Shown here: positions 31,262-40,769 of the stretch, piece by piece | How the letters are laid out: every line of letters begins with the position of its first letter | How positions within the stretch are numbered: position 1 is the first letter of the stretch | From: Candidatus Bathyarchaeota archaeon | Lineage (GTDB): Archaea > Thermoproteota > Bathyarchaeia > Bathyarchaeales > Bathycorpusculaceae | Assembly: GCA_963770935.1 (NCBI GenBank) | Contig: CAVYRJ010000017.1 | Location: 16,033 to 80,032, forward strand | Length of the DNA: 64,000 nucleotides | Direction: 5' to 3' | Translations under genes and position numbers: made by a program | The notes under the pieces: generated by a model | Told to the model about the DNA's origin: nothing | Seen by the model: the letters and a program-made list of their open reading frames with translations, nothing else | Databases searched by the model: none

Positions 31262-32056
31262 ATGTGGCTTGCACATAAAAAAGGACCAGAAGAATTGAAA
31301 CAACCCATAAAAGTACCCCTTGAAGCCTTAATTGAGGAACCCTACGCATCAATCGTGTGTTATCCCAGAACAAACCCCACAGAAATACGGAAGCGAATTG
31401 AAGAACTAAAACAACATGGCGTTGAAGCGATTGAATTTGTTGGGAAAACGTCGGCTTCCAATATTCCTGTTTTGGGCAAAGGCTATGTGGGCGTTGTGGC
31501 GATGGCGTATGCGAAGGGGCAAAGGGTGGCCTTGAAAATGCGCCGAATAGATGCTGACCGCATAGACTTTACGCATGAAGCCGAAATGCTCCAGAAAGCC
31601 AATGCAATAGATGTCGGTCCCAAGTTTATTGCTGTAAGCGCAAATTTTCTTTTATCCCAACTTATTGACGGCGATTTGCTTGAGGATTGGCTTGAAACCC
31701 ACAAAGACAAACATGTTATCCGAAAGGTTTTGGTTGACATTTTGGAGCAATGTTGGCGATTGGATGAAGCGGGCCTAGATCATGGGGAAATAAGCAAGGC
31801 ACCTAAACACTTACTCGTGGACAAGGATAACAAACCTTTCATAGTTGACTTTGAAACCGCAAGCGTGATGCGAAAAGTGATTAATGTTACATCGGTTTGC
31901 CAGTTTCTTTTTATGGGAAACAGCAGAGCAGCAAAAATCTTGGGCGAAATATTTGGCAAAAAGGATAAGGTGGAGTTAATTGCTGCTTTAAAAAATTTTA
32001 AAAAGAACCAAAATAGAGGAAACTTCGAAGGCTTACTTGAACTGTGCCTTTCATAA
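31262..32056 (+). CDS. Ser/Thr protein kinase (RIO/Bud32-related atypical family)
   Basis: LGKGYVGVV, ALKMRR, LDHGEIS, IVDFETAS. Confidence 0.85.
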   Translation: MWLAHKKGPEELKQPIKVPLEALIEEPYASIVCYPRTNPTEIRKRIEELKQHGVEAIEFVGKTSASNIPVLGKGYVGVVAMAYAKGQRVALKMRRIDADRIDFTHEAEMLQKANAIDVGPKFIAVSANFLLSQLIDGDLLEDWLETHKDKHVIRKVLVDILEQCWRLDEAGLDHGEISKAPKHLLVDKDNKPFIVDFETASVMRKVINVTSVCQFLFMGNSRAAKILGEIFGKKDKVELIAALKNFKKNQNRGNFEGLLELCLS

Positions 32057-32064
32057 TTATTATT

Positions 32065-33150
32065 TTATGCAACGATGTCTTGCAGTCTTTTTTGCTTAAT
32101 TGCTTCTTTGAACTCTACCGCAATGCGTCTGCCCATGTACATGTTCTCACCGTACTTGAGGTAAGCGTATGGTGATGTTCCGATTCCAACGTTGGTTCCT
32201 GCGACGATACGCGCTGAGATTTCGAAGGTGTAGATTTTTGCTTCGTCGGTAATTACCGTTTCAAGGCAGAAGGGTCCGATTATTCCTGGCGGAGCGAGTT
32301 CTCTGGCTTTTTTGTGGACGTTATCGCCCATCCGCATGATTTCTGGAAGCAGAGATTCTCGGAGTACAATGGGGAAGTTGCCGATTACGGTATAGGTTGG
32401 GTTGATATCGATTTCCAGCTGCTGACTTGCAGGGATTTTCCCGATTGAATCCACGGCGGATTCGTACCTTCTATCCATAGCGAGCAACTCAACATCGTCG
32501 TTTAGGATGCTGCTAAAATAGCTAGGGTAAACATTGACTCCAAGTGCGTATTCTTGCAGGTGGATGCTTGGCAAATCGTCTTCAGTGAGCATGCCGCGTT
32601 TGACCATTTCGTTGAATTGTTTATAGAAGTTTTTTGGCGAATTGGCAAGGAAGTAGCCTCTGCCACCTTTTGCTCCTTGCAGTTTGGCGATGATTAAGCG
32701 GTCGATGTCTTCGGGCGACTTGAAGGTTGCTGGCAATCTGAGTCCTGCTTGGCGTAGCCATTCTTCTTGGCTTTTGCGGTTGGCTTCCCAATGGAGCAGT
32801 TGACGGTTGCCGAACATGGGAACAAAAAGGCTGTCTGTTAACTCCTCAGTGCTTAGGTACGCGGTGAATGAGCCATGTGGAATTAAAACTACGTTGAGCT
32901 TGCGCAATCTTTCTTGCAGATTCTCGCTGAGCAATTCCGTGAAGTCTTTAACGATGATTAATTCGTCAACCAGCGGATACTTCTGGTACATGATGGCATC
33001 TTTTTCTTTGCAGATGCAAACCGTTTTGAAGCCTTCTTCTTTTGCTCCCTTGAAAATGTTAAGCGAACTATGCGACCCCAAGGTGCCGATGGCGAGTTTT
33101 TTCTGGTCGTACTTCTCTATGATTTTGCCGACGTCTGTACCGGTTATCAT
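32065..33150 (-). CDS. purP: Formate--AICAR ligase PurP
   Basis: GSHSSL, IPHGSF, GAKGGRGYF, DRRYES, FEISARIVAGTN. Confidence 0.92.
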   Translation of the reverse strand: MITGTDVGKIIEKYDQKKLAIGTLGSHSSLNIFKGAKEEGFKTVCICKEKDAIMYQKYPLVDELIIVKDFTELLSENLQERLRKLNVVLIPHGSFTAYLSTEELTDSLFVPMFGNRQLLHWEANRKSQEEWLRQAGLRLPATFKSPEDIDRLIIAKLQGAKGGRGYFLANSPKNFYKQFNEMVKRGMLTEDDLPSIHLQEYALGVNVYPSYFSSILNDDVELLAMDRRYESAVDSIGKIPASQQLEIDINPTYTVIGNFPIVLRESLLPEIMRMGDNVHKKARELAPPGIIGPFCLETVITDEAKIYTFEISARIVAGTNVGIGTSPYAYLKYGENMYMGRRIAVEFKEAIKQKRLQDIVA

Positions 33151-34244
33151 GTTACCACTTCAGCGAGCCGGCGTTTTCTGACTGCACGTTTAATTTCCAT
33201 AGCTACGCGTTTGCCCGGACCTACCTCAACGCCGTACTTGTACTTCATGTAAGGTGAAGTTGGCTCCACACAGGGGCATCCTGGAACGCGGGGGCTGACA
33301 TCGAAGACTCGGAATTCCAAATCTTTGGTAATTGCACCCTGAAGTGCAAAGAGCCCAATCATGCCTGGCGGGAACTCTTTTTTGCAGATTGCCACGAAGC
33401 GTTCGGCTGCTTCAAATATTTTTTCCAATTGACTTTCTCTCATGGTTGCGCCCATGTGTCCTATTTCGATGTTCTGGGTAGCTATGTTGAGTTCTAATTG
33501 TTCTTTTGCAGGTAAGTCGAGTACGCCATCGAGGTCTGTTTGAATACGCCTATCGAAACCAAGCAGGTCGATGTCCTCGGTTAAGGGTGACCAGAAATAG
33601 TTTGCGTTGAATTTGGCGCCAATCACATATTCTTCAATGACGGATTGGTTTAGGGCTTCACGGGTTATGATGCCTGCTTTGATGCGTTTTTGGGCTTCCC
33701 GCTCATACTCTTCAGGGTTTGAAGCGTAAAAGAATGCCCGTTCAATCGCTCGACCCTTCTCAGCAACTTTCACGATAGCTGGGCAGTCGATTTCGGCGGG
33801 CGATTTGAATGCTCTAGGAAGTTTTATTCCTGCTTCTTTTAGGAGCCAAAGCTGGTTTTTTGGAGCGGTGCGTTCTTCAGTTTTAAGCAGGTACCTGTTG
33901 CCCATAAGGGGCACTGTGAACTTCTGTTCTATGGCTTCGTAACCTGCATACACACTAAAGGAGCGGTTGGGAACAAAAACCGTGTTCAAATCTGTTAGTT
34001 GCTTTACGACCTCAGGAGTTGTTATATCTGAGAATTTGTCTAAGAAGATAAATTTGTCAAATATGTTTCGGTAGTAACGCGCGTAGGTTTTTTCTCTCCC
34101 ATTCTGGCATACCACTACGGTTTTGAAGCCTTCTTGTTTGGCTCCTGACGCAATTTCAAGTGCCGAATGCGAGCCTAAAACACCAATGTATATTTTCTTT
34201 TGGTCATAATCAGCAATGGTTTGTTTAATTTTATCTTGCATCAT
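33147..34244 (-). CDS. PurP-like ATP-grasp paralog
   Basis: GSHSAL, VPNRSF, ERAFFYA, DRRIQT, FDVSPRVPG. Confidence 0.88.
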   Translation of the reverse strand: MMQDKIKQTIADYDQKKIYIGVLGSHSALEIASGAKQEGFKTVVVCQNGREKTYARYYRNIFDKFIFLDKFSDITTPEVVKQLTDLNTVFVPNRSFSVYAGYEAIEQKFTVPLMGNRYLLKTEERTAPKNQLWLLKEAGIKLPRAFKSPAEIDCPAIVKVAEKGRAIERAFFYASNPEEYEREAQKRIKAGIITREALNQSVIEEYVIGAKFNANYFWSPLTEDIDLLGFDRRIQTDLDGVLDLPAKEQLELNIATQNIEIGHMGATMRESQLEKIFEAAERFVAICKKEFPPGMIGLFALQGAITKDLEFRVFDVSPRVPGCPCVEPTSPYMKYKYGVEVGPGKRVAMEIKRAVRKRRLAEVVT

Positions 34245-35299
34245 ACTTTCTCACCCATATACTCCTTGTAATTCTCAATAACTTTTGCGAGCTTTGGCGT
34301 ATTGAACAGTTCTTTGCCGGACATTTCGTTTGCCACAGCCATGTACATTTGGCTGATGACTGTTTTAAGTTTGAGGTCAAGTTTTGGAGGCTGCGACTTG
34401 CAGAGGGATTTCCAATCCTGAACACCCTTTGCTTCCGCGTCCTTTTTCGCCTTCTCCAAATCAGTGTACCAATCTGTTTTTTTATAGAATTGGCGTGCAA
34501 CTTCTTTGCTTACGTGAACGCCCTCGAAAGAAAAGCGACATTCGTCGAGGGTTCCTAAAACATCGACAAGGATAAGTTGTCTTTTGTCATCGAAAGCTAA
34601 CTCGATTTTCCCATCTTCATTCTTCAAACCAGCGTTTGCAGCAGCTATAGTGATGGTTTCATCTGCTTTCAGAAGAATGGCTTTGACGTCAGCAAGTTCT
34701 GGGTCAGTTAAGCCTGCGATTTTCTGCGCCTCGGTCCATGTAACGTAACGGTCGGTTTCCTCCAGTTTTGTGCTGACATCGAATATTGGTTTAGAGAGGG
34801 TTTCACCTGGTTGTGGCTGGTGGTCTAATCCAAGGTCTTTTAGGGTCACTTTTCCTTGCGCCAACCGTTTGAAGACAGAGGAACCTTCGGGCAAGCCGTT
34901 GCGGTAGATGATTTCGAGCGGGATAAGGCAGTTTTTCAGCTCAGAAGTGTAAATGCTGTAATCATGAATTATTTTGCCTTGGGCAACTGTTGTTTTTGGT
35001 CTGTAGACGTTAACCAAAGACACTTCCATGATGCTTGAGGGTGACTCGAGTTCACTGACCTTTACAGCTTTGCCCTGTTTATTGACCAAGCCTTTGTAGT
35101 GGGTCTTAACGCCTTTCTTCTCTAACTGCTCAAAACAGTAAGCACCCATAAGGCACAACGCCGCGCCTTTGCCTTCAATATGATCAGGCATTTCTCCCCA
35201 GTCAAAAACGCTGTAGCGGTCAGAAAAGAGAAATCTGCCTGTACCCATTGCGGTTTGGGTTGGTTTCTGGATTACTTGTAGGTCTTTTACGCTGCCCAT
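34241..35299 (-). CDS. purC: SAICAR synthetase
   Basis: MGSVKD, FSDRYSVFDWG, IPLEIIYRN, STKLE, DGKIE, DECRF. Confidence 0.93.
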   Translation of the reverse strand: MGSVKDLQVIQKPTQTAMGTGRFLFSDRYSVFDWGEMPDHIEGKGAALCLMGAYCFEQLEKKGVKTHYKGLVNKQGKAVKVSELESPSSIMEVSLVNVYRPKTTVAQGKIIHDYSIYTSELKNCLIPLEIIYRNGLPEGSSVFKRLAQGKVTLKDLGLDHQPQPGETLSKPIFDVSTKLEETDRYVTWTEAQKIAGLTDPELADVKAILLKADETITIAAANAGLKNEDGKIELAFDDKRQLILVDVLGTLDECRFSFEGVHVSKEVARQFYKKTDWYTDLEKAKKDAEAKGVQDWKSLCKSQPPKLDLKLKTVISQMYMAVANEMSGKELFNTPKLAKVIENYKEYMGEKV

Positions 35300-35436
35300 C
35301 TTGTTGCCTCAAATTGTTTGTTAATTAGTTGTTTTTGTCCTTATATCGCTTTATCTATCGTTTACGTCAAAAACAAGGATTGTTAGGATGAACCTTAATC
35401 AAACAGCTAACTAAAACCAACCCAAATCAACCCAAT

Positions 35437-35487
35437 GAAGAGAAAATGTTGTTGCAGGCCGCTCCCTGCAAAGAGTTGCAACAATCA
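35437..35487. repeat. Intergenic palindromic element, copy A
   Basis: GAAGAGAA..TGTTGTTGCA-N20 (containing TCCCTGCA)-TGCAACAATCA; second copy at 52974-53033. Confidence 0.6.
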
Positions 35488-35737
35488 CACACAACTCATC
35501 CAAAGTCAAAAAAAGGAAAACCAATAACAATTCTAATCCTCCGAAAAAAAATGTACCATTGATATAATGGGAGCTATAGAAAAAGGGTAAACTAAGACCT
35601 AATAGGTACCCAATTGTTTTCAACAAAAACAAGGGAGATTAAACGAAGGTTTGGCTGAAACTTTATGTACTGGAAATGGGCTTTTCTTGGTCTAAGCACG
35701 TATTGTGCTAACTAAATTAACTGTCAAGGTTAAGCTT

Positions 35738-36301
35738 ATGACTGAGGCAGCGCCAAATCCAACCCAAAGTAAAGATCAACCCATAAGAGCTTCCGAACTG
35801 GATCCTAAATTTAAGTATGAACTTCAAAAAATTCATGGAAGCGAAAAAATTCTGAAATGTTTCCAGTGTGGAACCTGCACCTCTGACTGTCCAGTTGCAC
35901 GCTTCAGCGACAGTTACAGACCGCGAACGCTTATTCATATGGCACAGCTGGGCTTAAAAGACCGCGTTCTAAACAGTGACACTTTGTGGCTTTGTGCAGC
36001 CTGCTTCACATGCACAGACCGCTGCCCCCAAGACGTTGAAGTCGCAGCTGTCATCCGCGTCTTCCGCAATTTAGCCGCAGAAAAAGGCTGTGTCCCACAG
36101 GTTTTCAAAGACCAAGCTGCAAGCCTTCTCGAATCAGGGTACGCCTACAAAATTCCCGAATTAAGAGTTAAAAAGCGCGAATCTCAAGGCCTTCCACCTC
36201 TGCCAAAAGGAAACCCAGAAAACGTAAAAAAAACCCTCAAAGGCGTAAAATTCATCGAAAAAATCCAAAAACCCGCAGGAGAAAAACCAAGTGGGCAATA
36301 A
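35738..36301 (+). CDS. hdrC: Heterodisulfide reductase subunit C
   Basis: CFQCGTCTSDCP and LWLCAACFTCTDRCP. Confidence 0.92.
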   Translation: MTEAAPNPTQSKDQPIRASELDPKFKYELQKIHGSEKILKCFQCGTCTSDCPVARFSDSYRPRTLIHMAQLGLKDRVLNSDTLWLCAACFTCTDRCPQDVEVAAVIRVFRNLAAEKGCVPQVFKDQAASLLESGYAYKIPELRVKKRESQGLPPLPKGNPENVKKTLKGVKFIEKIQKPAGEKPSGQ

Positions 36302-37184
36302 ATACCTCATATTCCTTGGATGCGCTATTCCCTATCGAGTTTCATCTTTTGAAATTTCTTCACGCAAAGTCCTGTCTAAACTCGGTGTTGAACTCGTTGA
36401 AATGCCAGAGTTCAACTGTTGCGGCTTACCTTTAGACCCTGTAAGCCACGAAACCATGCTTATTTTGGCTGCGAAGAACTTAGCATTAGCAGAACAGCAG
36501 AGCTTAAACATTCTCACATTATGTCCAGGTTGCGCTGGAACACTTAAGAAAGTTAACAAAATACTAAAAGCAGACAAAGCACAAAGAGAGGAAATCAACG
36601 CTCATCTCAAAGAAGCAGGTTTAGAATTCAAAGGAACAATTGAAACCAAACATCTTTTGCAGCTGCTTAAAGAAGATGTAGGGTTAGAAAAAATCAAAGC
36701 CTCAGTCGTTAAGCCACTAACAAACCTCAAAGTTGCTGAACACAACGGCTGCCACATCCTAAGACCCAAAGAATACATTGACTTTGATGACCCAGAAGAC
36801 CCACAAACACTGAAAATGCTTATAGAAGCCACTGGAGCTACATGTCTAGACTACATTGACGAGACCGAATGTTGTGGAGCGCCCAGCGTTGGTGTAAGCG
36901 ACAAAGTAGCGTTGGCATTGGCAAAAGACAAACTAAGCCACATAAAACAAGTCGATGCACAAGCTTTAATCACTATTTGCCCATTTTGCCACATAATGTA
37001 CGATACAAACGAGTTACGTATAGAGAAACTGTTTAATGAAACCTATGGAATCCCAATTCTTCATTACCCACAATTACTCGGGTTAGCCATGGGTATGACA
37101 CCTGAAGAGTTAGCCTTCAACGAACTTCGAGTAAACGCATCAAACCTGCTAAAACATGTAAATCAAGGAGCAAACAAACCATGA
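36291..37184 (+). CDS. hdrB: Heterodisulfide reductase subunit B
   Basis: Two CCG domains (FLGC..NCCG..CPGC; HNGCH..ECCG..CPFC). Confidence 0.92.
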   Translation: MGNKYLIFLGCAIPYRVSSFEISSRKVLSKLGVELVEMPEFNCCGLPLDPVSHETMLILAAKNLALAEQQSLNILTLCPGCAGTLKKVNKILKADKAQREEINAHLKEAGLEFKGTIETKHLLQLLKEDVGLEKIKASVVKPLTNLKVAEHNGCHILRPKEYIDFDDPEDPQTLKMLIEATGATCLDYIDETECCGAPSVGVSDKVALALAKDKLSHIKQVDAQALITICPFCHIMYDTNELRIEKLFNETYGIPILHYPQLLGLAMGMTPEELAFNELRVNASNLLKHVNQGANKP

Positions 37185-38170
37185 GTCAAAACAAACTAAA
37201 AATCGCCTTCTATTGGGCTGCAAGTTGTGGCGGCTGCGAAATAGCTGTCTTAGACTTAAACGAGAAAATCCTCGATGTAGTAAAAATAGCCGATATAGTT
37301 TTCTGGCCAGTAGCTATCGACATTAAATACAAAGATGTTGAAGCGCTTCCAGACAAACACATAGACATAACCTTCTTCAACGGCTCCATCCGCAATTCAG
37401 AACAAGAACACATGGCAAAAGTACTAAGAGCAAAATCCAAGACTCTTGTTGCTTTCGGCTCATGCGCCCATGAAGGCTGCGTTCCAGGCTTAGCAAACCT
37501 AAGCGACAAACAAGAGATTTTTGAGCAAGTTTACATAAAAGACAAATCAAACGTTAATCCCCAGGCAACAATTCCCAAGACTCAAACCCAAGTCAAAGAA
37601 GGCACCCTAAAAATCCCAGAATTCTACGATACCGTAAAAACCCTAGCACAAACAGTTGATGTTGACTATTACCTCCCAGGTTGCCCACCCCCAGTTAAGC
37701 TAATCGCGGCAGCAGTTGACGCCATCGCAAGCAACAAACTTCCACCCAAAGGCTCAGTTTTAGCTCCACTCAAAGCAGTATGTGATGAATGCCCAAGAAA
37801 ACGCGAAAACAAAAAAATCGACAAAATCTACCGAGTCTACGAGAAAACGCCTGAACCAGAAAAATGCCTGATGGAACAGGGTATAGTTTGCATGGGAATG
37901 GCAACCAGAAGCGGCTGTGGTGCTCAATGCTTAAAAGTTGATATGCCATGCACAGGTTGCGGTGGACTAGCCCCTAATGTTCCAGAGCAAGGAGCAGCCA
38001 TGATAACTGCCTTAGCATCAATTCTCGGCTACGACGGCGTAGAAGGAAAAACCAAGTACACTGAAGAAGAAATTGAAGACTTAATGAACCAAATTAAAGA
38101 CCCAGTTGGCACAGTGTACATGTACAGTCTACCAAATTCCATCTTAAAAAGAAAGGTGATTAAAAAATGA
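37181..38170 (+). CDS. mvhG: Group 3c [NiFe]-hydrogenase small subunit
   Basis: ASCGGC, GSCA..GC, PGCPP, CDECPR, CLMEQG.VCMG, CTGCGG. Confidence 0.9.
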   Translation: MSQNKLKIAFYWAASCGGCEIAVLDLNEKILDVVKIADIVFWPVAIDIKYKDVEALPDKHIDITFFNGSIRNSEQEHMAKVLRAKSKTLVAFGSCAHEGCVPGLANLSDKQEIFEQVYIKDKSNVNPQATIPKTQTQVKEGTLKIPEFYDTVKTLAQTVDVDYYLPGCPPPVKLIAAAVDAIASNKLPPKGSVLAPLKAVCDECPRKRENKKIDKIYRVYEKTPEPEKCLMEQGIVCMGMATRSGCGAQCLKVDMPCTGCGGLAPNVPEQGAAMITALASILGYDGVEGKTKYTEEEIEDLMNQIKDPVGTVYMYSLPNSILKRKVIKK

Positions 38171-39624
38171 AAGAAATAGTAATAGACCCAATCACACGCC
38201 TTGAAGGACACGGAAACGTATCCATATTTTTAAACGACCAGGGCGAAGTAGAAAACGCTTACCTCAAAATACCCGAACTACGCGGCTTTGAGAAATTCTG
38301 CATTGGCAGAAGAGCAGAACTCATGCCCCAGTTAACCACAAGAATCTGCGGTGTCTGTCCCGTTGCCCACCACTTCGCCGCAACCAAAGCGTTAGATGCC
38401 GCATTCAACGTTGAACCAACCTCTGCAGCAAAGAAACTACGAGAACTCATGTACGCAGCTTACTACATTTACGACCACACTTTGCACTTCTACTATCTAG
38501 GTGGACCAGACTTCATCGTTGGACCAGATGCACCAGCAGAAAAACGCAACATATTAGGCGTCATCGAAAAAGTAGGCATGCCCATTGCGGCAGAAGTTAT
38601 AAAACATCGTGCTTACGGGCAGAAAATAACTGAAATCATCGGCGGAAAAGCAACCCATCCAACCTGCGGATTGCCAGGCGGAATCTCCAAACCGCTAAGC
38701 GAGGAGAACAGGCAAGAAATCGAAAAGATGGCAGCCTCCTGCGTGGGTTTTGCACAGTTCTCATTGAAAATCTTCCATGATATCGTTTTGGGCAACAGCA
38801 AATATGTGGACATGATTTTGAGCCAAGCTTACACTATGCCAACCTACTACATGGGTATGGTTGACCAAAACAACAAAGTCAATTTTTACGACGGCAAAAT
38901 CCGCGTGGTTGACCCGGCTGGCAAAGAATTCCTCAAGTTCGAATCCAAAGACTACCTCAAACACATCGGCGAACACGTCGAAGAATGGACCTACAGCAAA
39001 TTCCCATACCTTAAAGCAATAGGCTGGAAAGGACAAGTTGCAGGTGCAGACAGCGGCGTTTACCGGGTTGGTCCACTTGGACGCTTAAACGCTTCAGATG
39101 GCATGGCGACACCACTTGCACAGGCAGAATACCAAGAAATGTATAAAACATTAGGCGGCAAACCAGTCCACAGTACACTTGCTTTCCATTGGGCGCGGTT
39201 GATTGAATTGCTCTACGCAACAGAAAGAACCATGGAGCTCGTAAAGGACCCCGAAATCACAAGCACAAACGTACGCAACAAACCAGGCGAACCAGGACAA
39301 GGCGTTGGAATCGTTGAAGCTGCACGCGGCACACTCATCCACGATTACACCCTTGACAAGGATGCACTAGTCAAAGACGTTAACCTAATCGTTGCAACCA
39401 CCAACAATTATCCTGCAATCTGCATGAGCGTACGTGACGCAGCAAAAGGCCTAATCCATGGCGGCAAAGTCGACCAAGGCATCTTAAACAAGGTTGAAAT
39501 GGCGTTCCGCGCATACGACCCATGCTTTGGCTGCGCAACACATGCCGCAGTCGGACAAATGCCATTGACTGTAGAAGTTTTCAACGCTCAAAAACAGTTA
39601 GTTAACTCGGTTAGTCGCCAGTAG
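38167..39624 (+). CDS. mvhA: Group 3c [NiFe]-hydrogenase large subunit
   Basis: TRLEGH, RGFE, RICGVC, RAYDPCFGCATH plus a cleavable C-terminal tail. Confidence 0.93.
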   Translation: MKEIVIDPITRLEGHGNVSIFLNDQGEVENAYLKIPELRGFEKFCIGRRAELMPQLTTRICGVCPVAHHFAATKALDAAFNVEPTSAAKKLRELMYAAYYIYDHTLHFYYLGGPDFIVGPDAPAEKRNILGVIEKVGMPIAAEVIKHRAYGQKITEIIGGKATHPTCGLPGGISKPLSEENRQEIEKMAASCVGFAQFSLKIFHDIVLGNSKYVDMILSQAYTMPTYYMGMVDQNNKVNFYDGKIRVVDPAGKEFLKFESKDYLKHIGEHVEEWTYSKFPYLKAIGWKGQVAGADSGVYRVGPLGRLNASDGMATPLAQAEYQEMYKTLGGKPVHSTLAFHWARLIELLYATERTMELVKDPEITSTNVRNKPGEPGQGVGIVEAARGTLIHDYTLDKDALVKDVNLIVATTNNYPAICMSVRDAAKGLIHGGKVDQGILNKVEMAFRAYDPCFGCATHAAVGQMPLTVEVFNAQKQLVNSVSRQ

Positions 39625-39675
39625 CCCTTTTTTGTGGGCAACCTGTTTTATCATTTTTAAATTTATTCTCTTATC

Positions 39676-40173
39676 ATGGGTGCTTCCATGGCGGATACAA
39701 TCGAAAAAGACTTAAAAAACTGGTTTGCCAACGCAAACAAAATTGTCTTAGCGGGAATAGGTAATCCAATACGCAAAGACGATGATGTTGGATTAAAAAT
39801 AGTTCAAAGCCTGCAAGGAAAGGTTCCAGAAAATGTTTGCCTACTAGAATGCGAGACCGTTCCAGAAAGCTACATCTTAGATATAGAGCAGTTTAAGCCA
39901 ACTCATGTCTTGTTGATTGATGCCGCTTTTTTGGGTTTAAAACCCGGGGAAGCAAGACTTCTTGACACCGAAGAAATTAAGGATTTTCCCGCTATAACGA
40001 CGCATATGTTGCCTTTGAAGATTTTCTGCGAGTACGTTAAGCAGGCAACTGGAGCAAAAATTGCCTTGTTGCTTATAGAACCAACAAGTATTGAATTTGG
40101 TGAAGGCTTGAGCAATGAAGTTGAGGCAGCATCAGAGAGACTATCAAAGTTACTTCTTGAGATGCTGGGTTAG
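39676..40173 (+). CDS. hycI: Hydrogenase maturation protease
   Basis: GIGNPIRKDDDVG, ETVPE, LIDAA, TTH. Confidence 0.9.
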   Translation: MGASMADTIEKDLKNWFANANKIVLAGIGNPIRKDDDVGLKIVQSLQGKVPENVCLLECETVPESYILDIEQFKPTHVLLIDAAFLGLKPGEARLLDTEEIKDFPAITTHMLPLKIFCEYVKQATGAKIALLLIEPTSIEFGEGLSNEVEAASERLSKLLLEMLG

Positions 40174-40634
40174 GGTTCTTTTCTTTTGAAAACATAGTTG
40201 GCACTAAGCTTTATTTTGCCCTTGGAATAATCAGTTTCTTTCACTTCAATCTGATCTTTACTTACCCAGTTTATCGTTATTTTTTCTTCCAAATCCTCTT
40301 TTTTATAGCAGCCCTTCCAGCTGAATTCAAGAGTTTTGTCATCTATCCAATCGCCCACATGATCATGAGCATCGCCATGCGAGGTTACGCTAAAAAGGTG
40401 CATTTTACCGGCGGCTTGGTCAAAACTCCAAATATCACTTTCAAAGTAATCATCTTCTCCATCGATATGAATGTCCATTTCGGAGCTAATGCCTAATGGG
40501 GATCGCATTTCTTTAGCTGTCATCGTTCCGCAACCAGAAATAAGTTTGCCGTTGGATGTTTTCATCGCTATTCCCACAACCCATTCTCCGATTAACTGCT
40601 CAAGCAACTTTAACGCTCTGATTTGTTGTACCAT
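40170..40634 (-). CDS. DUF1579-like beta-barrel hypothetical protein
   Basis: LEQLIGEW N-terminus and beta-rich sequence. Confidence 0.55.
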   Translation of the reverse strand: MVQQIRALKLLEQLIGEWVVGIAMKTSNGKLISGCGTMTAKEMRSPLGISSEMDIHIDGEDDYFESDIWSFDQAAGKMHLFSVTSHGDAHDHVGDWIDDKTLEFSWKGCYKKEDLEEKITINWVSKDQIEVKETDYSKGKIKLSANYVFKRKEP

Positions 40635-40715
40635 AAAAATCAACCCTAAAAAATCAGCATCCAACAAACGAAATAAGGCTAATAAAGGCTTGTGGTTGGT
40701 GGCTTACAACAACGG

Positions 40716-40758
40716 AAAAGTTGTCAAGAAAAATTTGTTAAAAACGGATTTAAGCGCT
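40716..40758 (+). promoter_or_regulatory. Conserved upstream motif, copy 4, upstream of the wHTH regulator
   Basis: AAAAGTTGTCAAGAAAAATTTGTTAAAAACGGATTTAAGCGCT aligns with copy 1. Confidence 0.55.
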
Positions 40759-40769
40759 TATGAAACACT

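Noticed and set aside
38167-39624. Selenocysteine-containing hydrogenase
   Set aside because: Both Ni-binding motifs use Cys codons and there is no in-frame TGA.
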